24,000 bases of DNA, from contig CAJQNS010000074.1 in NCBI GenBank assembly GCA_905479735.1, forward strand, positions 6,384 to 30,383, given 5' to 3'. Each line of letters begins with the position of its first letter. The stretch's first letter is position 1. Origin of the DNA: an uncultured Desulfofustis sp. GTDB taxonomy: Bacteria > Desulfobacterota > Desulfobulbia > Desulfobulbales > Desulfocapsaceae. The notes below the pieces were generated by a model. The model saw only the letters and a program-made list of their open reading frames with translations. It was not told where the DNA came from and did no database searches. Of this stretch, positions 1-8,509 are shown piece after piece. A program made the translations under genes and the position numbers.

Positions 1-792
1 ATCGGCTGCCGCAGTTGCGAAGCGGCCTGCAGCCGGGAGCATGGACTTGCCCCCCCCGATGAACCGCCCGAGAACTTTCAATTACTCGAGCAGCCGACGC
101 AGGGGGTGCGCAGGCCCGATCAGAACGCTTTTACCGTGGTCAACAGCTATGAATCAGCACTTTCGGACCACCCGTTGTTCAAAAAAATTCAATGCAACCA
201 CTGCCTGGAGCCGGCCTGTCTGACAGCCTGTTTCGTCAATGCCTATACAAAAACGCCGGAGGGTGCGGTGATTTATGATGCTGATGTCTGTGTAGGCTGC
301 AGAACTTGCATGGTTGCCTGTCCCTTTTCAATCCCGGCATTCAGGTATGACAGTGCCTTCGAGGCCCGGATCATGAAATGCAATTTCTGCTTCGACAGCC
401 GCCTCAGCAAGCACAGACCGCCGGCCTGTGTCGAGGCCTGCCCCATGGAGGCACTGACCTTCGGCTACAGAAATGAGCTGCTCCGGGTTGCCAGAAAAAG
501 GATACGGGATGCTCCCGGCAAATACCAGAACGCCATCTATGGGGAATTCGAGGCCGGAGGTACCTCCTGGCTCTATATTTCCCCGGTGCCTTTTGAACAG
601 GCTGGGTTCGACCTGCAGGTTCCCCGGCAGCCAATTCTTAATTACGTCAAAGATTTTCTGGCAGTAGTGCCAATGGTTCTGACCATCTGGCCTGGCCTTT
701 TTGCCGGACTATACCTGTTGGCCCGAACCAGAAAGATAACCGATGATTCTTCTAATCATGAGGATATGAGCGATGAAACCATTGAGCGGTAA
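1..792 (+). CDS. 4Fe-4S ferredoxin-type iron-sulfur subunit of a membrane-bound oxidoreductase (HybA/NrfC/PsrB/DsrO family). 5'-truncated by the window edge, with a C-terminal TM anchor
   Basis: Frame 1 is open from base 1 (IGCRSCEAAC...), so the ORF-track start at 106 is internal. Four Cys-cluster motifs are present (CRSCEAAC, CNHCLEPACLTAC, CVGCRTCMVACP, CNFC...CVEACP). The C-terminus has a hydrophobic segment (VVPMVLTIWPGLFAGLYLLA). The gene overlaps the downstream NrfD-like gene by 20 nt. Confidence 0.85.
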   Translation: MGCRSCEAACSREHGLAPPDEPPENFQLLEQPTQGVRRPDQNAFTVVNSYESALSDHPLFKKIQCNHCLEPACLTACFVNAYTKTPEGAVIYDADVCVGCRTCMVACPFSIPAFRYDSAFEARIMKCNFCFDSRLSKHRPPACVEACPMEALTFGYRNELLRVARKRIRDAPGKYQNAIYGEFEAGGTSWLYISPVPFEQAGFDLQVPRQPILNYVKDFLAVVPMVLTIWPGLFAGLYLLARTRKITDDSSNHEDMSDETIER

Positions 793-2017
793 CCTTACAG
801 ATGCGGTAGGTCGAGCCCCCGTCATTTCCGGAGGTGAGCAGCGCTTACTGGACAAACTTTTTCTGGGGCTGTCGGGCCGTGACTACTTGACCCGGGTGTG
901 GACAAATCCACTGAACTGGGTCATATGCCTCATCCTTGTTATCGGCATTCCTTTGCTCTGCCAACGCTATCTCTATGGTCTTCAGGCTATCACCCACGGC
1001 TCCCAGGATTACCCCTGGGGGGTTCTGCTCGGCTTCGGTCTTTTTGGCATGGTACCGCTGTCGGCCTCCGGTTTTCTCCTGAGTACAACCGTGGAGATTT
1101 TCCAGCGGGATGATTTCCGTCCCATTGAGAGGCTGGCACTGCTCAATGGGCTGCTCGGCTACTTCTTTGCCGTGGTCTTTCTGCTTGTCGATCTGGGTAT
1201 GCCCTGGCGGCTGACCTATCCGATGGTGGTGTCGTTTGGTCCTGCGGCGGTTCTCTTTCTCGTCGCCTGGCACGTTGCCACCTACCTCTCAGTCCAGGTT
1301 GCGGAGATACTGCCAGCCGTTTCAGAATGGGCCGGCTGGCCTGGAGTCAAGAGGTTCATCCTGAGAATCACCCTGGGACTCACCATCGCCGGCATCATCC
1401 TCTCAACTCTGCACCAGGGTGCGCTCGGCGCCCTGTTCTGCTATGCACCTGCCAAAATTCATCCCCTCTGGATCTCCCCTGAGTTTCAGTGGCTGCATTT
1501 TTTTGTATCTTCTATTTTTGCGGGATTATCCATGGTCATCATCATTTCCTGGCTGGTCACAAAGACCATGTCCTGGCGTTGTGATCACCGTTTTCTCAGC
1601 TCTCTCGACAACATCACCCTGGGACTGGCAAAAGGCGGTGCCACGGCGCTGATCACCTATCTGGTGATTAAGGTCGTCGCCGTCGCCCATGAACAGGAGT
1701 GGCTTTTGCTGATCTCCGGCTGGGGTTTCTATTATCTGTTAGAAATCGCCTTGGGTACCCTGGTACCGCTGGTGGCCTTTGCCTACGGCGTGCGCCACCG
1801 GCGGGTCGCCCTGGTGCGCTGGGGAGCCCTTCTGGCAGTTGCTGGTATTATCTGGAATCGTCTTAATACGGTCATGATCTGTTACAACTATCGTCTGCAC
1901 CAGGAAGTACCGCACTGGAAAGAGTTGTGGGTGGTGGTCACGCTGCTCTGTTTCTATTTTATTGTCTATCGATTTATCCTCTATCGAATTCCAGTACTGT
2001 TCCGTTGGCGAGAATAA
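773..2017 (+). CDS. NrfD/PsrC/HybB/DsrP-family polytopic membrane (quinone-interacting) subunit
   Basis: 414-aa protein that is hydrophobic throughout, with many predicted TM helices. It is translationally coupled to the preceding FeS subunit, the canonical NrfC-NrfD style pairing. Which complex it belongs to cannot be told from this window. Confidence 0.8.
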   Translation: MKPLSGNLTDAVGRAPVISGGEQRLLDKLFLGLSGRDYLTRVWTNPLNWVICLILVIGIPLLCQRYLYGLQAITHGSQDYPWGVLLGFGLFGMVPLSASGFLLSTTVEIFQRDDFRPIERLALLNGLLGYFFAVVFLLVDLGMPWRLTYPMVVSFGPAAVLFLVAWHVATYLSVQVAEILPAVSEWAGWPGVKRFILRITLGLTIAGIILSTLHQGALGALFCYAPAKIHPLWISPEFQWLHFFVSSIFAGLSMVIIISWLVTKTMSWRCDHRFLSSLDNITLGLAKGGATALITYLVIKVVAVAHEQEWLLLISGWGFYYLLEIALGTLVPLVAFAYGVRHRRVALVRWGALLAVAGIIWNRLNTVMICYNYRLHQEVPHWKELWVVVTLLCFYFIVYRFILYRIPVLFRWRE

Positions 2018-2218
2018 CTACCGCAGACACCTATCCAGAACGGCCGCCGACACAAGTGTGGTAAATCATGCGACGGTTCTAGCTCTGCTGAAACATTGAT
2101 GGCGGATTTCCGAATCGATTGTTCAAGCCGTTTCCCACCCACCTTGATCACTCCAATCAAACGACATGATTACAGATAGTTAAGCAAATCAATGGTGATC
2201 TTTATCCAGGCTGCAAAC

Positions 2219-2234
2219 TGGCATCCCTGATGCA
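2219..2234 (+). promoter_or_regulatory. Candidate sigma-54 (-24/-12) promoter
   Basis: TGGCATCCCTGATGCA matches the TGGCAC-N5-TTGCA consensus, with GG and GC at the correct spacing. It lies about 60 nt upstream of the ATG at 2297. An 8-bp hairpin (CGCAGGAT-ctga-ATCCTGCG, 2249-2268) sits in the predicted leader. Confidence 0.4.
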
Positions 2235-2296
2235 GCTACCCAGGTAAGCGCAGGATCTGAATCCTGCGGCAGCAATCTCAACAAGCGGAGGATGTC

Positions 2297-2494
2297 ATGA
2301 AAACCGTAGTTGAATCGACCAGAACCACTGAAACGGAGGTAACCCACGACGTACTGAGCATCTTGATGACCATGGTGTCAGCCTCGGCCCTGATCATCGG
2401 AGTTTGGGCCATTGCCTGTTTTGTCGCCGCGCTCGCGAACCATGGCCTGACAGCACTGGTAAGAGGTTATATTAGTGCCATTACCGGCTTCTAA
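2297..2494 (+). CDS. Small (65 aa) single-TM membrane protein, hypothetical
   Basis: GGAGG Shine-Dalgarno 6 nt upstream of the ATG. One hydrophobic helix (ILMTMVSASALIIGVWAIACFVAALA). Appears paralogous to the next ORF. Confidence 0.55.
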   Translation: MKTVVESTRTTETEVTHDVLSILMTMVSASALIIGVWAIACFVAALANHGLTALVRGYISAITGF

Positions 2495-2516
2495 GCCAGC
2501 GCCACAGGAGACCTCT

Positions 2517-2816
2517 ATGAAAACTGCCATCAAAGCCTCCCTGTTTGCTCTGCTGCTCATTTTTGGAGTCGGCATCGGCTGCTGGTCGCTGCTTGCCTTT
2601 ACGGCCGGTCTGAAGCAGGCCGACTGGCAGCTCGGCGAACTGCTGAGACAATACCTGGTCGCCACCGGTGTGGTCAAACCCACACACACCCTGGTTGACT
2701 TTTACAGCCACATCAAAGGCGTCGAATATTTGATCTGTGTGGGATTTTTTGTGGCCTTTCCACTGTTCTATAAATATGTGAACAGTGATGTGAAAAAGTT
2801 AGAGACCAGGGGCTGA
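2517..2816 (+). CDS. Small (99 aa) membrane protein, hypothetical; paralog of the preceding ORF with a C-terminal extension
   Basis: AGGAG lies 7 nt upstream of the ATG at 2517, so the ORF-track GTG at 2475 is less likely. It starts with MKT like its neighbour. The two share the pattern G-[VI]-W-x-[IL]-x-x-F-x-A-x-L...L-[VL]-R-x-Y-[IL]-x-A-x-[TG]-G. A second hydrophobic helix is present near the C-terminus. Confidence 0.55.
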   Translation: MKTAIKASLFALLLIFGVGIGCWSLLAFTAGLKQADWQLGELLRQYLVATGVVKPTHTLVDFYSHIKGVEYLICVGFFVAFPLFYKYVNSDVKKLETRG

Positions 2817-2833
2817 AAGCGGGGCTGAGGGTC

Positions 2834-5110
2834 TCAGGAGCTTGCGGCTCTAAGCGCCTCGAGATCTTCAGCGGCCCGGGTGCCCAGAGTCAGGAGCGTA
2901 CTCATTTGTCTGTCAACCGCCGCCGCCTGCCCGTCATCTGGAGTGTAGACCATCAGGGCTGTCGATTTTCCTCCAGACTTCAGTGGTATGCAAATCATCG
3001 TCCTGCCGCCCAATAAACTTCCCAACTGTCGGTCACCAAGATTGAGCGTCGACTCCCGATGCAGATCACCTATCAGCGGAGTGCCGGTCGTATAAACTTT
3101 GCTTATCAGGCTGGAACTGCTGTCCACCGGGATGACGATATTTTCCAGATATTCAGCGCAGAAGCAGCCGTCGAAACCGATTGCGGTGAGGTGCTTCTCA
3201 CTCTCATCTGCCACCAGGCAGATAAGGTGCCTGACCCCGGTTAGCAGCGTACAGCTCCGGTGAAAATTGCGAACCCATTCCTCCAGCGTGGAGGGCCGGC
3301 TCAGCGGTGACATGATGGTCCGGGTCAGCAAATTATCGAGCAGGTAGCCATAGAGGCTATCGCTTTTCTGGGCCGCGTTCTCAATGGCGGCAGCGGTTGA
3401 AATATCGAGGTCGAGCCAGGCTGCTGTCCGGGCTGTTATCTCGTTCACTTTAGCCAGTAGTTCAAGGGCCTGCTCTTTGCTCAAGTCGATTAGCCCGTCC
3501 GGGAAGTCGATTGTTTCAGGCTGTTGATCACCAGGTTCAGCGCCATAGACCAGGGTGTGTGCCGCGTAGACGATTCTGACCAGATTGAAGGCGGTGCTCA
3601 CCTGAGATGGCGGATGATGATGAAAGCGCACCGCATCGCAAATCATCGGGTTGAGACCCAGGGACTGGAGCAGCTCGGCCCCCAGGTCGGCATGATCAGC
3701 CGTCTCCTCCTGGCCTTCCCCCCCTGCTGTCTCCGGGCGAGCGATATCGAGCAGCAGGCCGCCGAGGTAGGCCTCGTCCGGAAATCCAAATGAAATTGCC
3801 TGGCTTATTTCGCGGGCCAGAACAGCACAGCGGTAACCGCCGAGCCATCGACTCAGTGAAGCGCCACCCTCCTCATCCTTAGCCGCTGCTCCGCCACTTC
3901 TGAGCGCAGCCTTGAGCAGCATGGGTTGAATATCCTCGTCGTTCAAACAGCCGATCATCTCCTCCAGGCTCTCGATATGGCTCTGAGGTGAAATTTCTTC
4001 GACATTCAGCAGCCGCAGAGCCTGTACCATCAGGCCCGGATCGACGATGATGAGCTGCCGCAGTTCAGCGGCAGAGATCCCCCCCTGATTCAGACGCTTG
4101 AAAATGGGAGCGAGAAATGCTGGAGCACTGAAGCCGATATCAGGAAAAGCCTCGGCCCGAAACATCGCGGCAGCAACGTCGCCTGGTTTGACAGTTCCCG
4201 GTTGATCGAAACGAAGCGGAGAGACCTGAATTGAACCAGTAACCGATCCTGGGGCTGTCTCGGAAGCGGTGCCTGCACTCTCATCTGCAGGCCGGCCTGC
4301 AGAGCCGGTTTCGATGATCTGGTCCAGGTAGCGCTGCCAGAATTCAGAGAGCCCTTCACCTCCCGGGCCAGGCCCTTTTTCGCCGACCAGGTTGGCAACA
4401 AATGCTCGAATGCACTGGGCGCCGATCGAATCGGGGTAGAGTTCGAGCAACGGTTTCTGCTGCACCACCGCCCGTTCAAAGTGATCATCATGCAGTACGA
4501 TCCCAGCCGGAGTAATATGTATATCGAGGTGCTTATCGACCACCTTTTTGTATCTGAGATAGGTGCTCTTGGCCTGGGGTATAGACTCGCAATCGTTGAT
4601 CAAAACCCTGACCATACCCTGATAATTGTTAACGCTGAGAATTTTCAGCAAGGCGTAGGCGTCGGTCAGAGAGGTGGCCTCGTGAGTGATGACGATGATC
4701 GTCTGGCGGGCGGCCATACAGAAAGAAATGACGCTTCTGGAGATTCCCGAGGCAGTATCGATCAGGAAGTAATCGTAATCATCGACACTGGTCAATGCCG
4801 TGATCAGGGTATGGAGCTGGTCGGCGCTAAGGTCGGCGATCTGTTCGACGCCTGAGCTGCCCGGAATGATATCGAAACCGTAGCCGGTCTGGACCAGTAT
4901 CTCATCGATCGTTTTGTTGTTGAAAACGACATCATCGAGGGTGTATTCCTGATCGATGCCCAGCAGAATATTGACATTGGCCAGTCCCAGATCCCCATCG
5001 AAAAGACAGCTCCGGTACTGGAGAGCAGCGAGCTGCAGGACGGTATTGAGGCAGAGATTGGACTTGCCGACTCCTCCCTTGCCGCTGGTAAAGACAATGA
5101 CTTCAGACAT
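2834..5110 (-). CDS. Multidomain signalling protein: N-terminal MinD/ParA/FlhG-type P-loop ATPase, central HDOD domain, C-terminal GAF-like region (tentative)
   Basis: Deviant Walker A (SGKGGVGKS) with a MinD-like continuation (DGDLGLANVNILLG...FLIDTASG). Low-complexity Gly/Pro/Ser linker. HDOD-like segment (ISAAELRQLIIVDPGLMVQALRLLN ... AVRFHHHP). The last ~230 aa have no motif I can name with certainty. Confidence 0.85.
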   Translation of the reverse strand: MSEVIVFTSGKGGVGKSNLCLNTVLQLAALQYRSCLFDGDLGLANVNILLGIDQEYTLDDVVFNNKTIDEILVQTGYGFDIIPGSSGVEQIADLSADQLHTLITALTSVDDYDYFLIDTASGISRSVISFCMAARQTIIVITHEATSLTDAYALLKILSVNNYQGMVRVLINDCESIPQAKSTYLRYKKVVDKHLDIHITPAGIVLHDDHFERAVVQQKPLLELYPDSIGAQCIRAFVANLVGEKGPGPGGEGLSEFWQRYLDQIIETGSAGRPADESAGTASETAPGSVTGSIQVSPLRFDQPGTVKPGDVAAAMFRAEAFPDIGFSAPAFLAPIFKRLNQGGISAAELRQLIIVDPGLMVQALRLLNVEEISPQSHIESLEEMIGCLNDEDIQPMLLKAALRSGGAAAKDEEGGASLSRWLGGYRCAVLAREISQAISFGFPDEAYLGGLLLDIARPETAGGEGQEETADHADLGAELLQSLGLNPMICDAVRFHHHPPSQVSTAFNLVRIVYAAHTLVYGAEPGDQQPETIDFPDGLIDLSKEQALELLAKVNEITARTAAWLDLDISTAAAIENAAQKSDSLYGYLLDNLLTRTIMSPLSRPSTLEEWVRNFHRSCTLLTGVRHLICLVADESEKHLTAIGFDGCFCAEYLENIVIPVDSSSSLISKVYTTGTPLIGDLHRESTLNLGDRQLGSLLGGRTMICIPLKSGGKSTALMVYTPDDGQAAAVDRQMSTLLTLGTRAAEDLEALRAASS

Positions 5111-5211
5111 CTACCGACCCGCTCCCGAATTATGTTATAAAACAATCACTTGCCAAACGTACAAAAGTTTAAGGCCCCGAACAAGGAAAAACAGAAGCCC
5201 CGCTGTTCACT

Positions 5212-6378
5212 TCACAACATGGCGGCGAGAACCCGTGCCGCTTTTTCCGCCCCACCCAGATTGACCGGGATTTCAAACGGATCATTGCCGGTTTTCATGA
5301 GCTCGGTAAGCATGGTGTAAAGCTGCTCAACGCTGCATTCATTTTCCATGACAACACTCAGCCGGTTGCCTACAGACCGGCTCAGGGCCGCAAGATGGTC
5401 CTGCTGCTCTCTGTCCTGCATATCCCGCATCACCGCCAGTGCAGGAATCCCCATTGAGAGGACGTCAACCAACGAATTATAGCCGCCGAACACGAGCGCG
5501 CTTTTGGATCTGCACAGCGTCTCGACATATTGCGGTCCGAAGCGTTCCAGGGTGCAGAAATCGAGTCCCTCCAGTTTCTGCCCATAGGGGAAGATATCAT
5601 CACCCCCCAGAAAAATCCGGAATCGTCCGTAATCGGGACCCATTAATCCCAGGGCCTCTATCAGCCGTTCGAAAAAAGTATCGGTGTGCTCCCCAAACCA
5701 GGGAATCGACACAGTGCATCCATAGCGGCGGACACCTGAGGGATGAGCCAGGGAGATCAGCTCGATCAAGCGGGAGACGTAGCCGCACTCTACGGGTTCA
5801 CAGGCGAAGCGATGGCCGAGTATCTCCAGGTGGTCTGGGCCAAGAACCGAACTGTCGCCATACCAGAGCAGTCCGTTGTAGTAGCGCTGAAAAAGTTCAG
5901 TCGCCAACTCGGAGCCCGCCTGGGAGACCGAACCGACGACACCGCGCATTCCCAGTATCCATTGAGGACGCTCTACAGTTTCGGCAGTCAGAGCTGGTAC
6001 CAGTTCCCGATGTTTTCCCTGGGGGGTGTGATCGGCCAGAATAAGCCGCGGTCTATAGAGGGCGACAAGCTGCCGGATCTGTTCGGCCCGCAAATGTCCG
6101 AGTTCTTTGTCCTCGAACCCGCACGGGCCATCTGTTCCCGTTGACCTGCCATCGATCACCACCGTATCGTAGGCCGGCAATTTAAGCCAATCCAGTGGGA
6201 CATCGCCGATCAGTTCCTGGGTCTGACGGCAGCCGGTGAGAAGGCATACTTTGAGATGAGGATAGAGCCGCCGCAAAGCCATGCCGATGGCCGCCGACCT
6301 GCTCACATGCCCAAGTCCCCGGCCGTCATGGCCGTAGATCATAATGTCCAGTCTAGATTGCTCCATTTTCAGGGACAC
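5212..6378 (-). CDS. Glycosyltransferase, COG4671/GT28 C-terminal-domain-like
   Basis: N-terminal YGHDGRGLGHVSRS motif and C-terminal GGYNSLVDVLSMGIPALAV...EQ pattern, typical of MurG-like/GT28-C enzymes. The ORF-track start is a GTG at 6378; an ATG at 6366 (MEQSRLD...) is an alternative. It abuts the stop of the upstream NlpC/P60 gene. Confidence 0.7.
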   Translation of the reverse strand: MSLKMEQSRLDIMIYGHDGRGLGHVSRSAAIGMALRRLYPHLKVCLLTGCRQTQELIGDVPLDWLKLPAYDTVVIDGRSTGTDGPCGFEDKELGHLRAEQIRQLVALYRPRLILADHTPQGKHRELVPALTAETVERPQWILGMRGVVGSVSQAGSELATELFQRYYNGLLWYGDSSVLGPDHLEILGHRFACEPVECGYVSRLIELISLAHPSGVRRYGCTVSIPWFGEHTDTFFERLIEALGLMGPDYGRFRIFLGGDDIFPYGQKLEGLDFCTLERFGPQYVETLCRSKSALVFGGYNSLVDVLSMGIPALAVMRDMQDREQQDHLAALSRSVGNRLSVVMENECSVEQLYTMLTELMKTGNDPFEIPVNLGGAEKAARVLAAML

Positions 6379-6927
6379 CTAATTAAATACTCGCCGCGCC
6401 TGCCAGTATCTCTCATACCAGTAAGGATCGGTTATTTTTGAGATGGTCACTCCGATGCTGGTTGAGACATGCAAGAATTTATATTTTTCCAGGTAGATGC
6501 CGATATGACGGTCGTTCCAGCCGGTCTTGAACAGAATTAAATCACCCGGACGTAGTCCCGAATTAGTAATCAGGCCGCCCTGGGTTGCCTGTTCTCTGGT
6601 AGTTCTGGGAAGTTTCACCCCGAACTTCTGCTGATAGGTGAGCTGCACAAAGGCCGAGCAGTCGATGCCTTTTCTGCTCCGGCCACCGTTGCGATAAGGC
6701 ACCCCCTGCCAGGTAACATACTGGCTCAACAAACGGGTTTTGACTTCAGACTGGCTCAACCCCAGAGAGGGAAGACTTACCGGCGGCTCTACGGTCTGCC
6801 TGCCGCAACCGCCAACCAGGGCAAGCAGAAAAAAAATCAGCAGCAGCCCCCCTTGGAGCCTGCCCCGCCCTGCCAGGTCCGGGTTAAGCGAAGAGCTGGC
6901 TGGCCGTACCATTTTTGCTGATCTCAA
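6379..6927 (-). CDS. NlpC/P60-family peptidoglycan endopeptidase lipoprotein (Spr/MepS-like)
   Basis: Lipobox LLALVGGC. Catalytic-core pattern GIDCSAFVQ...DRHIGIYL...FLHVS. The ORF-track start is a TTG at 6927 (4-nt overlap with the upstream stop); an ATG at 6912 (MVRPASS...) is an alternative start. Confidence 0.85.
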   Translation of the reverse strand: MRSAKMVRPASSSLNPDLAGRGRLQGGLLLIFFLLALVGGCGRQTVEPPVSLPSLGLSQSEVKTRLLSQYVTWQGVPYRNGGRSRKGIDCSAFVQLTYQQKFGVKLPRTTREQATQGGLITNSGLRPGDLILFKTGWNDRHIGIYLEKYKFLHVSTSIGVTISKITDPYWYERYWQARRVFN

Positions 6928-8312
6928 ATGTCATCTCTGGCCGCAACAAGGGACAGGTGCAGATCGCAGACATTGGTATTGGTCGGACCGGTCTTCAGCA
7001 GACCATCTATTTTTTCATATAAATGGTATGAATCATTGTTGTTCAGATAGGCTCCGAGATCGAGCTTGGCCACTCTCGCCCTGTCCAGCAACTCCAGGTC
7101 GGCAAAAGCCCCTGCGGCATCCGTAGGACCGTCATTGCCGTCGGTTGAAGCGGCCAGAAACGATACCTCCCGGCACAATTCTTGGTGCCGCTCCAGTTCC
7201 ATCAGATAAGCAAGAGCCATTTCCTGGTTGCGTCCGCCTTTTCCTGCACCCTTGATCTGAACCACCGGTTCTCCGCCAGACAAAATACAGACCGGGGGGC
7301 TGGCGATGGTTGACTGAACCGCGCAGTCGACAGCAATTCCCGCCAGGATCTTGGCAACTTCTTTGGCTTCACCGACGATTCTGCTGGTCAGCTTTACCAC
7401 TTCATAGCCCCTTTTTCGGGCTTCGTCGGCCGCGGCATTCAGGGCCCCTGTATTGGTCCCGATGAGGATGTTCTCGGTCAGCGCCAGCGCTGGATGACCC
7501 GGTTTCAGGGTTTCCGGCAAATCGCCCCTGATGCCTCTCTCAAGCACCTGGCGCACCGGTTCAGGTATCCTGGTTTCTATCTGGTATTTCTCCAGAATCC
7601 GCCAGGCATCGCCATAGGTCGTCGGATCACTGCAGGTGACCCCTGAAGCGATGCTGCTGAGCGCATCACCAACTACATCTGATAAGATAAAGTTGACCGA
7701 GCGGGCCGGCGCCAGCCTCTCTAAGAGACGGCCCCCCTTGATCATCGACAGATGTTTGCGAATGCAATTGATTTCTTCGATATCGGCACCGCAGGACAGC
7801 AGCAGACCGGTGGTCTCCTGTTTATCCTCGAGACTCAATGAATCAGGGCCTCCCGGTTCGGAGGAGCTGAAGGGCAGTGGAATCAGGGCCGACCCCCCGC
7901 CTGATATAAGTGAGATAACCAGGGTCCCCTCATCGGCCTGGTCGGCCGCAGACATGATTCTCTCAGCCCCGCGACGGCCGTTTTCATCGGGTACCGGATG
8001 ATCTGCCTCAACGGTCTCGATCTTCTCAAGCTTCTCCACATGACCATATTTCACCACGATCAGACCGCCGTCCAGACGATCGCCGAGTATACGTTCCAGG
8101 GCCAGGGCCATCGGCGCCGTCGCTTTGCCCGCGCCGATCACTACTATTTTACGATAGCCCTCCAGATTGATGGAGTGCTGGCTTTCATCGAGCCTGACCT
8201 TCATAGTGTCGCCTTCCAGGCTGACATGGTCTATGAGCATGCGATAGGGATCAACCCGTTCCAAACCGGCCTTGAATATGGCGGCCAGATCTTTTCTTCT
8301 TGATGAATACAC
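6924..8312 (-). CDS. Glycerate 2-kinase / hydroxypyruvate reductase family protein (DUF4147 + MOFRL, TtuD/GckA-like)
   Basis: VIGAGKATAPMALALE and SGGGSAL motifs, plus a C-terminal MOFRL-like GGEPVVQIKGAGKGGRNQE...TDGNDGPTDAAGA. I favour the GTG at 8312 because AAGGAG lies 6 nt upstream; the maximal ORF runs to a GTG at 8336. Confidence 0.85.
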   Translation of the reverse strand: MYSSRRKDLAAIFKAGLERVDPYRMLIDHVSLEGDTMKVRLDESQHSINLEGYRKIVVIGAGKATAPMALALERILGDRLDGGLIVVKYGHVEKLEKIETVEADHPVPDENGRRGAERIMSAADQADEGTLVISLISGGGSALIPLPFSSSEPGGPDSLSLEDKQETTGLLLSCGADIEEINCIRKHLSMIKGGRLLERLAPARSVNFILSDVVGDALSSIASGVTCSDPTTYGDAWRILEKYQIETRIPEPVRQVLERGIRGDLPETLKPGHPALALTENILIGTNTGALNAAADEARKRGYEVVKLTSRIVGEAKEVAKILAGIAVDCAVQSTIASPPVCILSGGEPVVQIKGAGKGGRNQEMALAYLMELERHQELCREVSFLAASTDGNDGPTDAAGAFADLELLDRARVAKLDLGAYLNNNDSYHLYEKIDGLLKTGPTNTNVCDLHLSLVAARDDI

Positions 8313-8509
8313 GTAAGGCTCCTTGCAGAGGTCCACTCAGAACTATTTCAATCATTAGTTTGTTGTCACACTATACAGTTATTCTAAACCTTTATCCAGT
8401 GAAGGAAGCGGTGCTATTTCCTTCACTTTCGATTTTGGTTGCGGTAGAGTGACCAGGACCGAGCCTCCCGATTGGCGGGCGCTCTCCGGCCGCTGCCGAG
8501 CCACTGACG

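Noticed and set aside
2475-2516. GTG start at 2475 for the second small membrane protein, overlapping the first ORF.
   Set aside because: The ATG at 2517 has an AGGAG SD at optimal spacing and yields the same MKT start as the paralog.
5439-6044. 201-aa plus-strand ORF antisense to the COG4671-like glycosyltransferase.
   Set aside because: It is extremely Arg/Ser/Pro-rich with no ribosome-binding site. The minus-strand frame carries recognisable glycosyltransferase motifs.
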